Shown here: positions 19,571-28,390 of the stretch, piece by piece | Layout: each line of letters starts with the position of its first letter | Numbering within the stretch: the stretch's first letter is position 1 | Source of the DNA: a bacterium | GTDB taxonomy: Bacteria > Zhuqueibacterota > Zhuqueibacteria > Residuimicrobiales > Krinioviventaceae | DNA: 64,000 nt | Assembly (NCBI GenBank): GCA_963675755.2 | Contig: CAXXMD010000003.1 | Location: 3,296,001 to 3,360,000 of the forward strand | Direction of reading: 5' to 3' | The notes under the pieces: generated by a model | The model's database searches: none | What the model was told of the DNA's origin: nothing | The model's input: only the letters and a program-made list of their open reading frames with translations | Made by a program: the position numbers and the translations under genes

Positions 19571-22276
19571 ATGATCAAGGTAGAATTGATGAATATGATT
19601 AAGAACATTAAAGTCTTGTTAACTGTTTCTCTGGTATTTGCAAGTTTTGCAACTGCCCAAACATTTACTCCCAATGCAGAGCAGGAAGCCTATTATACCG
19701 AATATGAAAGTTCCGATCTCAATGGCAGCGAGTTACCGGTTTTAATGCCCTTTAACCGTTGGATTGATCCCGCGGGCGAGCAGATTTATTTTGGCGACAC
19801 TGAACTTGAGAATCATGCCCTGGACTGTTGCTTGTCCCCTGATGGGAAATGGTTGGCGGTTCAGGGACGATATTCTATTGTCATCATATCCCCAACGACC
19901 CGCAAGATTGTGAACCGGTTTCCACTGAGGGATTATTTTCAGAAGCAAAAAGCTCTGAATACCTTTTCAGGCATCCACTGGCAGCAAAAAGAGGGTGAAT
20001 ATTATTTATACTGGAGCACGGTTGTTCAGAATACGCAATCTGTGGTTGTGCAGGCAAAATGGGATGAACCCAATTTATCGGTTGTGAAAACCATTTCATT
20101 TGATGTATTAAAACCGGCCAAATCCGCAATACCCAACGAGTTATTGGTTACAACAGAAAATGGAAAATCGTATTTATATGTTGTTTTGAACGGCAATGAC
20201 AGGGTGGAAAAAGTTGAACTGGAAACCGAAAAGCGGGAATGGTCTGTCACTTCGGGTGTGGCGCCATATGGTATAACACAGGCAAATGGTAAATTATATG
20301 TAACCAACTGGGCGGGCGCTGTTCCGGATTCCGATGATGTGGATGTTGCCGGTGTACCCTGGAGAAAAGCAAAGGTAGATCCGCAGACCGGTACAATCCG
20401 GGAGGGAACGGTTACTGTGCTTTCTCCTCAGGATGGACATGTATTAAAAGAGATTACCGTGGGGCTGCATCCCAATGATATTATCGCCAGTCCGGATGAA
20501 AAGTATGTTTATATTGCCAATGCCAACAGTGACAGGGTTACGGTAATCAATACCGGAACTGATCAGATTAGTGAGGAAATATCTGTCCGGTTGCTACAGG
20601 AAAAGAATCCCTATTTTGGTGATTCGCCAAACGGATTGGGACTGTCGAACGATGGTAAAATCCTATATGTAGCAAATGGTATGGACAATGCCCTGGCGGT
20701 TGTGGAACTGGGGCGGTCAGCTTCCGGTTCCTCTCTTGAAAAAAGCCAGATTGCTGGATTCATCCCCACGGGCGCATATCCCGGTGCGGTTTGTTTGTAT
20801 CGTGATCAATGGCTGTTTGTTGCAAATATAGAGGCAGAGGGTGCACGTACCTTGTTGAATTCAGGATTAAACGATTCATATGCGTTTAACGCGCATCGCA
20901 TGATGGCATCTGTGTCTGTAATTCCGGTACCGGATAAAGAACAACTGGATACATATACAAAGCGTGTGGTAGATGCAAATCAATTGTTCCGTGTCGATCT
21001 AACGCAGCAACTACCCCGTCAAAATGTTGCGCCAGTACCAGTACCCGACCGCATCGGTGAACCTTCAGTATTCAAACATGTGGTTTATATCATCAAAGAA
21101 AACCGGACCTATGATCAGATTTTGGGTGATATGAAAACTGGTGATGGAGATCCCGATTTGTGCATCTTTGGACAACAGGTTACCCCCAATACACACAAGC
21201 TGAGTGAGGATTTTTTATTGCTGGACAATTTTTATGTCTCCGGCAAGTGTTCGGCTGAGGGACATCAATGGACCGATGCATCGATTGTTACAGATTATAT
21301 TGAAAAGAATGTACGGGCCTGGTTCCGCAGTTATCCGCATGTTCAGACCGATGCGCTGGTTTATGCACCAACAGGATTTTTGTGGGATAATGCGTTGCGT
21401 AATGACGTCAATGTTCGAATTTACGGAGAAGCCGCGGTACCCGAGTTTGATAAAAACTTGACCTGGACAAACATTTATCAGGATTTCTTGCAAGGTAAAA
21501 CATTTGATTTTAAAAATGTCACAACCATTAAACCGGTTGAAAAATTATTAAGCGAGACTTTTCCGGCTTATGATGGACATAAAATACCGGATGTGCTGAG
21601 AGCCAAAGCATTTATTGATGAATTAAATGCCTGTGAAAACATGCATGGCGATCAATGGCCAGAGCTTATGATTGTTGCGCTGCCAAATGACCATACCGGT
21701 GGAACGCGCCCCGGATTGCCAACACCCAGAGCAATGGTGGCAGACAATGATCTGGCGCTTGGTGAAATTGTACAGGCTATTTCAAAAAGTCGGTTTTGGG
21801 AGAATACCGTAATCTTTGTTACCGAAGATGATTCTCAAGCAGGTTGGGACCATGTTTCGGCTTATCGCACTGTTGGTTTGGTTATCAGTCCATATTCAAG
21901 ATTAACCAGGACAGTCCATACGAATTACAATCAGCCTTCCATGATCCGAACGATTGAGCAGATACTGGGCATCCCCCCGATGAACATTCATGACGCAACC
22001 GCAATGCCAATGTTTGATTGCTTTGGAGCACAAGCGGATTTGACTCCTTATCAGCTTTTGCCGAACCAGATACCATTGAATGAAATGAACAAAGATCTTT
22101 CGGATTTATCCGGTCAATCTCTGTACTATGCCCAAAAAAGCCTTGATCCCCAGTTTGACGGTATTGATGGGGGAGACGATGATCTTTTTAATCGTATACT
22201 TTGGTATGCTTTTAAAGGAAATGATCCTTATCCTGAACTGTACAGCGGTAAAGATAATGATGATGACGATGATTAA
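19571..22276 (+). CDS. YncE/YVTN beta-propeller fused to an alkaline-phosphatase-superfamily phosphoesterase
   Basis: YVTN-like repeats (VGLHPND, YIANANSD.VTVI); KHVVYIIKENRTYDQ and EDDSQAGWDHV motifs. The true start may be a few codons downstream. Confidence 0.85.
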   Translation: MIKVELMNMIKNIKVLLTVSLVFASFATAQTFTPNAEQEAYYTEYESSDLNGSELPVLMPFNRWIDPAGEQIYFGDTELENHALDCCLSPDGKWLAVQGRYSIVIISPTTRKIVNRFPLRDYFQKQKALNTFSGIHWQQKEGEYYLYWSTVVQNTQSVVVQAKWDEPNLSVVKTISFDVLKPAKSAIPNELLVTTENGKSYLYVVLNGNDRVEKVELETEKREWSVTSGVAPYGITQANGKLYVTNWAGAVPDSDDVDVAGVPWRKAKVDPQTGTIREGTVTVLSPQDGHVLKEITVGLHPNDIIASPDEKYVYIANANSDRVTVINTGTDQISEEISVRLLQEKNPYFGDSPNGLGLSNDGKILYVANGMDNALAVVELGRSASGSSLEKSQIAGFIPTGAYPGAVCLYRDQWLFVANIEAEGARTLLNSGLNDSYAFNAHRMMASVSVIPVPDKEQLDTYTKRVVDANQLFRVDLTQQLPRQNVAPVPVPDRIGEPSVFKHVVYIIKENRTYDQILGDMKTGDGDPDLCIFGQQVTPNTHKLSEDFLLLDNFYVSGKCSAEGHQWTDASIVTDYIEKNVRAWFRSYPHVQTDALVYAPTGFLWDNALRNDVNVRIYGEAAVPEFDKNLTWTNIYQDFLQGKTFDFKNVTTIKPVEKLLSETFPAYDGHKIPDVLRAKAFIDELNACENMHGDQWPELMIVALPNDHTGGTRPGLPTPRAMVADNDLALGEIVQAISKSRFWENTVIFVTEDDSQAGWDHVSAYRTVGLVISPYSRLTRTVHTNYNQPSMIRTIEQILGIPPMNIHDATAMPMFDCFGAQADLTPYQLLPNQIPLNEMNKDLSDLSGQSLYYAQKSLDPQFDGIDGGDDDLFNRILWYAFKGNDPYPELYSGKDNDDDDD

Positions 22277-22393
22277 CTGATCATTTCAAACCATTATATC
22301 ACAGGAACTAAATTTAATACGTTACGTTAAACAGGAATAGTCAGAAATTTTTATTTTCTGTTTATTTTAACTAATTTTAATGAGGGGTGTATT

Positions 22394-23074
22394 ATGTACA
22401 AACCAAAATTTTTTTCCTGTCTGTTTCTAGTCGTTTTGATTGTTTCCATTCCCGGCTTTTTGTTTGCCGGACCGGATTTGTACCTGGGGTTGACGGGTGG
22501 ATTGAATCGATCGCAATTGACTACAGACGCCAATTTTTCAACATTTGGCCCTTATAATCAGGCTGCTTTGAACCTGAATGGAGGGATATCCGTATTGATG
22601 CAGTTTGAGCGTTGGGGAGTGGAAACCGGGCTTGGTTACAGCCAGGCGGGTGCCAAGACCGAATCTATGGTGGGCACAACTGAAAGCGGTGCTATTCGGG
22701 GTGAATTCTGGATTTCGCAGGAGCAATCCTATCTTCAAGTACCGATTCTTGCTTCTTATTCATTCAATAGGGGGGGATTCAATCCCTATCTGTTTGCGGG
22801 TCCGAATATTCGGTTTCTGTTAAACGGAAAAGAAAAAATGGATTCAGATTATGGTGAGCAGGAATGGAACCGGGAGATTGATGGGTATTTGAATGATGTG
22901 AATATTGCGCTGGAAAGTGGCGCCGGGGTGCGTTACGCGGTCACTCCTGTGTTGAATATGGGGATTTCAGCTTCTTATCTGTTTGGGCTCAATAACCAAT
23001 TGTCCAGCAATGCGTATGGCGAGCAAAAAGCCAGAGATTTTCGTTTCAATTTCTCTCTCTATTATCTGCTATAA
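22394..23074 (+). CDS. Small outer-membrane beta-barrel protein (PorT/OmpA-barrel-like)
   Basis: Signal peptide, GLTGGLN.S, YLQVP, FAGP and alternating terminal strands. Confidence 0.75.
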   Translation: MYKPKFFSCLFLVVLIVSIPGFLFAGPDLYLGLTGGLNRSQLTTDANFSTFGPYNQAALNLNGGISVLMQFERWGVETGLGYSQAGAKTESMVGTTESGAIRGEFWISQEQSYLQVPILASYSFNRGGFNPYLFAGPNIRFLLNGKEKMDSDYGEQEWNREIDGYLNDVNIALESGAGVRYAVTPVLNMGISASYLFGLNNQLSSNAYGEQKARDFRFNFSLYYLL

Positions 23075-23097
23075 GAATTCACTTTACTCTTGATGAT

Positions 23098-23138
23098 AAC
23101 CGTCCTGATGCTGTATCCTTCCACCGGGACGGTTTTTT
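23098..23138 (+). terminator. Rho-independent terminator
   Basis: AACCGTCCTG...CGGGACGGTT followed by T-tract. Confidence 0.75.
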
Positions 23139-23163
23139 ATTCTTGCCAATTTTTTATAGTCTC

Positions 23164-23237
23164 TGTAAAAATGACAAATCAATTATTTTAATATGTAATT
23201 TTGACATATTGATAATTTCTTGTCTGCCAAATTTACA
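23164..23237. promoter_or_regulatory. Three TGY-N7-ACA sites, putative enhancer (UAS) for a sigma54 activator
   Basis: TGTAAAAATGACA (23164), TGTAATTTTGACA (23194), TGCCAAATTTACA (23225); spacing 30 and 31 bp. Confidence 0.7.
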
Positions 23238-23262
23238 AAATCAGTATTAAAAATTAAATTTT

Positions 23263-23275
23263 TATCAAGTGTTTG
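23263..23275. promoter_or_regulatory. IHF-type binding site
   Basis: TATCAAGTGTTTG fits WATCAANNNNTTR and lies between the UAS and the promoter. Confidence 0.6.
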
Positions 23276-23306
23276 ATAATTATGCGTTTATGCTCATTTT
23301 CCCAAT

Positions 23307-23323
23307 TTGGCATATAATTTGTA
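23307..23323 (+). promoter_or_regulatory. Sigma54 (-24/-12) promoter of the hsp20 pair
   Basis: TTGGCATATAATTTGTA = GG-N10-GT, one deviation from GG-N10-GC. Confidence 0.65.
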
Positions 23324-23403
23324 TTTTCCCAGGTAAATGAATAAGGAACACAATCATACAGATTGTGAGAGTTTTGTAACTATTATATTCAGGAGGTAAT
23401 GTT

Positions 23404-23838
23404 ATGGATATACGTTATATGTTGGGCGGTAATCCTTTTGAAGAGATGAATCGATTGAGAAATGAAATGGACCATCTTTTTAATGGGTTTAATACGCTTA
23501 GACGACCGGCAGTATATCCTGCAGTTAATATCTGGAGCAATAAGGATAAAGCGATATTAACGGCTGAATTGCCCGGATATGATTTGAAGGATTTTAACGC
23601 GTCGGTTATTGATGATACCCTGGTTTTGACTGGTGAACGTGAATCCCTGAAAACCAGTGATAAAGAAGCTTTGCAGCGCAATGAACGAATGACCGGAAAA
23701 TTTGAAAAACAAGTACGTCTGCCGTTTCCGGTAGACGCAAACAAAATTGAGGCAACATATAATGACGGTGTACTGAATATTACATTGCCGCGTAAAGAAG
23801 AAGACAAGCCTCGTAAAATTACTATAAAAGCAAACTGA
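23404..23838 (+). CDS. Small heat-shock protein, Hsp20 family
   Basis: YPAVNI, AELPG, ER..GKF and ATYNDGVLNITLP; AGGAGG RBS. Confidence 0.93.
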   Translation: MDIRYMLGGNPFEEMNRLRNEMDHLFNGFNTLRRPAVYPAVNIWSNKDKAILTAELPGYDLKDFNASVIDDTLVLTGERESLKTSDKEALQRNERMTGKFEKQVRLPFPVDANKIEATYNDGVLNITLPRKEEDKPRKITIKAN

Positions 23839-23855
23839 GAAAGGAGGGATGGAGA

Positions 23856-24260
23856 ATGGAAGCATTGAAAAATAAAATACAAAAACGTGACAGCGAAGCG
23901 GTTGATACCGTTGAGCGTACCCGCTCGGGCAAAGTCTTTGTCCCTGCTGTAGATATACTGGACTCTGATGACCATTTGACCTTGTATGCAGACATGCCCG
24001 GATGTGAAAAAACATCCATTGATATTACTCTTGAAAATAATGTATTGTCAATTCAGGGAAATATCTGCTGGCAGCCTCCCAAAGATTATGAACTGGTATT
24101 TAACGAATATGAAGTGGGTGATTATCGCAGAGCATTTACACTGGATGAATCCATTGACCGTGAAAAGATTGAAGCGGATTATAACAACGGAGTTCTGCGA
24201 TTGACATTGCCCAAACTGGAACCAGCAAAACCGAAAAAAATAGCTGTAAAATTTTCATAA
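23856..24260 (+). CDS. Small heat-shock protein, Hsp20 family
   Basis: PAVDI, ADMPG, YRRAFTL, NGVLRLTLPK and a C-terminal IxV motif. Confidence 0.93.
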   Translation: MEALKNKIQKRDSEAVDTVERTRSGKVFVPAVDILDSDDHLTLYADMPGCEKTSIDITLENNVLSIQGNICWQPPKDYELVFNEYEVGDYRRAFTLDESIDREKIEADYNNGVLRLTLPKLEPAKPKKIAVKFS

Positions 24261-24311
24261 CCCATTGTGGTATACCTGAAAAACTGTTTTGTTCATATCA
24301 GCTAGTAATTG

Positions 24312-24350
24312 AAAATGGGTGGCATTCAAAGAATTGCCGCCCATTTTTTT
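24312..24350 (+). terminator. Rho-independent terminator after the hsp20 pair
   Basis: AAAATGGGTGGCA...TGCCGCCCATTTTTTT. Confidence 0.8.
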
Positions 24351-24385
24351 ATCTGAAATGTAATTAAACCGTGAGGTATATGATT

Positions 24386-25087
24386 ATGGCAAAAAATTAT
24401 TATCTCATTCTAGGCCTTGCTTCTGATGCATCTGATCAGGAAATAAGGTCTGCATATAAACGACTCGCCAAAGAATTACATCCTGATATATCCGGAAAAG
24501 ATAGTGTACCTTTTCTGGAACTGCAGGAAGCTTATTCCGTATTAAATGATCCTGAAAAAAGACAGCAATATGATGATTGCAGGGGAAAACGGCAAACCAA
24601 TCCGCGTGTACCAATAGAGCCTCTGGTGCGAAATAGAATAAATGTGGAACCACTCATTCCCCGCAAGTGGTCTGATAATCCCGGCTATTCCATAAGAGAT
24701 GAATTTCAAACATTTATACCTTCTTTTGATGAATTGTTTGACTACCTTGGGCAGAATTTTCGATCCCTTACCCATCGAAAAACAGAACATGTGAAAAGCA
24801 TAACTATTGATGTACCTGTAACTTCGATGCAGGCGTTCAAGGGTGGGCAGGTACAGATTCGAGTACCGGTACGTTTTGAATGTAATGTTTGTCAGGGAAT
24901 GGGTAATATTGGATCCTTTGAATGTTTACGATGCTCCGGACAAGGAAAGCTTGTGGGCGAGTATCCTGTTTCAGTCCGGTTCCCGGGAGGTATTCGGGAT
25001 AGATATACAATGGATGTGTCTTTAACAAACCTGGGAATTCGCAATGCATATTTATCGGTTCGTTTTTGTATAGATGACACATTTTAA
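24386..25087 (+). CDS. Short J-domain protein with a partial DnaJ zinc finger
   Basis: NYY.ILG, HPD motif, EAYSVL.DPEKR; only two CxxCxGxG repeats. Confidence 0.85.
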   Translation: MAKNYYLILGLASDASDQEIRSAYKRLAKELHPDISGKDSVPFLELQEAYSVLNDPEKRQQYDDCRGKRQTNPRVPIEPLVRNRINVEPLIPRKWSDNPGYSIRDEFQTFIPSFDELFDYLGQNFRSLTHRKTEHVKSITIDVPVTSMQAFKGGQVQIRVPVRFECNVCQGMGNIGSFECLRCSGQGKLVGEYPVSVRFPGGIRDRYTMDVSLTNLGIRNAYLSVRFCIDDTF

Positions 25088-25189
25088 ATTTATAGAAAAA
25101 TAGTAAATATTTTTGTATCTTGCACGGTACCTAAAAAATGATTATACTTTTTATTATAACTTTTCATTTTGAATCGTTGGGGTACCGTT

Positions 25190-26275
25190 ATGAAAAAAAA
25201 TGTACGGATCTTTTTACTGTTGTTACTGGGTGTATTTCATGTTCATGCCGCTTCATCTCTGGAACAGGATAAACCTTTGGAACTCTTGTTTATTGGAAGC
25301 AGCTATTTTAATTTTAATGATTTGCCGCACATGTTTCAAACGCTTACGCTATTTTCCGGTCACCCTGTACATGTTTCCGAGCAGATTACCAATGGCCTCT
25401 TTTTGGCAGATCACGCTGCCAGTGCCAGCACGGAAGAAAAGATCAACTCGCGGCAATGGGATTATGTGATATTGCAGGGATCAGCAAGTCGAACAGCTTA
25501 TCCCGACTATTATAAAGATAAACCTGCATTAAAAGCTCTGACAATACTCAAAAATAAAATTTTAAAAAATTGCGATTCCACCAAGATTGTATTCTGTATG
25601 CCCTGGGCGTTTGAAGATGGCATGACCTGGGTGAAAGGATGGACGGATGATTATACAGATATGCAATTGGAAATCTATAATAATACATTGATTTGGGCAA
25701 AAAAACTGGATATTCTGATTGCGCCTGTTGGATGGGCATGGAATACTGTATTGGAGGAAAAGGAGTTTCCTCTGCATTATTTGCACAAAAGCGACTGGAA
25801 CCATCCGACTGTCCGTGGCTCTTATTTGACGGCTTGTGTGATTTATTCGACGATTTTTCAGAGTCCGGTTGTATACCCCTGGTTCAGCACGCTTGATGAA
25901 CAGGATGCAAAATACTACCAGGAAATTGCTTCCAATACGGTTTTGGACAATCTTGTGCTTTGGAATGTTGTTGATTTTACAGATGCAATTGATGAGACCT
26001 TTCAAACGCCAACCCGGTTTAAATTGTATCAGAATTACCCCAATCCCTTTAACCACAATACTCTTATACATTATACTATATCTATTCCTTCTAACATAAA
26101 AATCGAAATTATAAATGCATCAGGCCAAAAAGTCGCAATATTGGCGGACAGGTACCATGAAAAAGGAGAATATTTTGAATCCTTTAATGCTGGTGAGTTG
26201 GCTACCGGGACTTATCTGTGCCGAACCAGCGGGCCGAATGTCCAGCAAACAATCCAAATGTTGTATATAAAATAA
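25190..26275 (+). CDS. SGNH-like hydrolase with T9SS-type C-terminal sorting domain
   Basis: LFIGSSY, WDYVILQ and D..HP..RGSY motifs; tail LYQNYPNPFN...GQKV...GTYL...MLYIK. Confidence 0.8.
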   Translation: MKKNVRIFLLLLLGVFHVHAASSLEQDKPLELLFIGSSYFNFNDLPHMFQTLTLFSGHPVHVSEQITNGLFLADHAASASTEEKINSRQWDYVILQGSASRTAYPDYYKDKPALKALTILKNKILKNCDSTKIVFCMPWAFEDGMTWVKGWTDDYTDMQLEIYNNTLIWAKKLDILIAPVGWAWNTVLEEKEFPLHYLHKSDWNHPTVRGSYLTACVIYSTIFQSPVVYPWFSTLDEQDAKYYQEIASNTVLDNLVLWNVVDFTDAIDETFQTPTRFKLYQNYPNPFNHNTLIHYTISIPSNIKIEIINASGQKVAILADRYHEKGEYFESFNAGELATGTYLCRTSGPNVQQTIQMLYIK

Positions 26276-26298
26276 AATCTTTAACCTGCAGGTGGATC

Positions 26299-27870
26299 AT
26301 GATGACAATAATAGATATGGATCACTATCAGCAACACCTGAAAGCAAGAGAACCGGGACGTTTGTCCCTGGTACATGAACTGTGGCTCCCCATGTTGTTG
26401 TTTGCGGGAATGGGGGCCATTACCTGGGCCATACGCGGTACGGCAGGTTGGGGCGGTGTGGATGGTACCGTTTTATCAGGACTCACCTGGGGCCTGATCT
26501 GGTATTATCTGAGCAGACGCAAGGGCATTGACGCCAGCAGTATTGTATTCTGGCTGGGGATGGGTATAGCTTTGGGTGGCGAACTGGGCTATGGTCAGTA
26601 TACCGGCTGGATTTTGGGTCGGTTTTCTGTAGGTGATGAGGTTCTGGCCATCTCTCCGATTACGGGTTATTGGTGGTTCTTTCTTTGCGGTATTGGCTGG
26701 GCTGCTCCCGGTGGTATTTTGTTGGGATGGGCTTTGGCTGGCCGCGTTTCCACTGGTAAATGGATTGCCCGCATTCTGTTAATAATCCCTTTGTTTATAT
26801 TTTTGTTTGCCTGGCCAGTTGTTGATTGGTTTGCGGCAATTTTTGTGAAAACCATACCGGGCTTGTTGTTCCCTCATGCGGATATGGGATTGTATACGGG
26901 AGAACTGGACAAGCACCTTGGCCGGACGGTTTATACCAATTCTCAAAATTTTCTGGTGGTGGTCTGGTGGATTGCCGCGTTAATCATTGCTGCTATTCAT
27001 AAAGATAAAAAAACGCTGGTTTCCGGGTTGATTATTGGCGGTGGATTCGGATTCGGTTTCATGCAGAGTGCAGCGTGGTGTCTGGGATACGGCTCGGCTC
27101 GTGGATACATTGACTGGTGGAAGGTATGGGAAATCAATTCAGGATTCAATCTGGGTATTCTCTATGCTATTGTCTGGTACTGGTCCGTTAAACAGCTTGA
27201 TAAACAGCAATTAGGTAAAGATGATGCAATGCAGGATGGTCCGGTTGAGACTATTGCACTGAACCGAAAACGCATGGATACGATATTATTGACAATTGCC
27301 GGCTTTGTTTTGATCTATTTTGCCGGCTTTGAGTATTTTCCACAAACAGGTATGTTTCTCTGTTTATTCTTTGCTGCGGCAATGCTGCTGACATTAAGGA
27401 CAAGAGAAAAAAATGTTGATCTGTTATCTGTAGCAGAGCGTAGGAACCAGATCCTCTTGATTTATAGTGCGTTTTTACTGGTATTTCTGCTGTTTCATGG
27501 CGGATCGGAGCGGGCCGGAGTGATTATGGAGTTATATGGTCCTGATGCTGTGGACCAGTACGCCTGGCCTGTGGCACGCATTATTCTGTTTGCACCGGTT
27601 GCGTTGATTATTACGGGTGTTGCAGTATATCGAATATGGCAGGTGTTAAAAGTGAAAAGATTTGAACACGTGACTGCTACGTCAACTTTATCCAATCGGA
27701 TGGCAGATTTGTTTATGGTAACCGGTTTCATTGGGGCGCTGTCTATCTGGCCGGCCAAGATCGGGGTGCTATACGCATTGATTATGATTTTTGTGATCTT
27801 TGCACATACCCGACTTGAACAACGTTTTGCGTTTATCGATGGCACACTGGGTGATGGAGGCGATTTGTAA
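26299..27870 (+). CDS. Polytopic membrane protein of unknown function
   Basis: About 14-15 hydrophobic segments, Gly/Trp-rich N-terminal half. Start moved to the ATG after AGGTGG to avoid overlap. Confidence 0.75.
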   Translation: MMTIIDMDHYQQHLKAREPGRLSLVHELWLPMLLFAGMGAITWAIRGTAGWGGVDGTVLSGLTWGLIWYYLSRRKGIDASSIVFWLGMGIALGGELGYGQYTGWILGRFSVGDEVLAISPITGYWWFFLCGIGWAAPGGILLGWALAGRVSTGKWIARILLIIPLFIFLFAWPVVDWFAAIFVKTIPGLLFPHADMGLYTGELDKHLGRTVYTNSQNFLVVVWWIAALIIAAIHKDKKTLVSGLIIGGGFGFGFMQSAAWCLGYGSARGYIDWWKVWEINSGFNLGILYAIVWYWSVKQLDKQQLGKDDAMQDGPVETIALNRKRMDTILLTIAGFVLIYFAGFEYFPQTGMFLCLFFAAAMLLTLRTREKNVDLLSVAERRNQILLIYSAFLLVFLLFHGGSERAGVIMELYGPDAVDQYAWPVARIILFAPVALIITGVAVYRIWQVLKVKRFEHVTATSTLSNRMADLFMVTGFIGALSIWPAKIGVLYALIMIFVIFAHTRLEQRFAFIDGTLGDGGDL

Positions 27871-27899
27871 TTTATTGGATCTTTTTTAGCGTTGCAACC

Positions 27900-28018
27900 C
27901 AGATCGCCCGGTATATTCATGCCGGGTGGGATATATTTCGGGATATTTGTCCAAAAAAATAAACCGGGACACATGTCCCGATCAAATATTCCGTGATGCA
28001 GGGATCTGCATCGCAATC
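27900..28018. repeat. REPIN-like element copy 3 (about 118 bp), inverted relative to copies 1-2
   Basis: GATC-GCCCGG...CCGGGT-GGGATA ... TATTCC-GTGATGCAG...CTGCATCGC-AATC. Confidence 0.9.
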
Positions 28019-28026
28019 AGCTAATT

Positions 28027-28056
28027 AACCACAGATGAACGCAGATAAACGCAGAT
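28027..28056 (+). repeat. Three copies of a 10-bp tandem repeat
   Basis: AACCACAGAT GAACGCAGAT AAACGCAGAT. Confidence 0.8.
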
Positions 28057-28114
28057 GAAAAAAACTGATTCGCATAAATTGAGCGGTTAAGATATTTAAC
28101 TTTGGATTGAGTGA

Positions 28115-28232
28115 CAGATCGCCCGGTATATTCATGCCGGGTGGGATATATTTCGGGACATTTGTCCAAAAAATATACCGGGACACATGTCCCGATCAAA
28201 TATTCCGCGATGCAGGGATCTATATCGCAATA
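28115..28232. repeat. REPIN-like element copy 4
   Basis: Direct repeat of copy 3 at a 215-bp period; 5 substitutions and 1 indel by hand alignment. Confidence 0.9.
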
Positions 28233-28246
28233 AGGTGTTTAGTATT

Positions 28247-28306
28247 AACCGGCCCTTCGATACGTCCCGATCCGCCAGCTGGCGGACGGAAACTCAGGGC
28301 CCGGTT
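28247..28306. repeat. Nested palindromic element
   Basis: AACCGG-CCCT...AGGG-CCCGGTT enclosing the perfect 16-bp palindrome TCCGCCAGCTGGCGGA (28271-28286). Confidence 0.75.
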
Positions 28307-28390
28307 GGGAAAATTATGATTTAATTTGTTGAAATTGAAATTTATCATTAACCAGGTAATCAATAATCTAACCAGAATCGAGATGCTAAT

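Noticed and set aside
23415-24015. 186-aa and 152-aa antisense ORFs over the hsp20 genes
   Set aside because: Shadow frames of well-supported genes.
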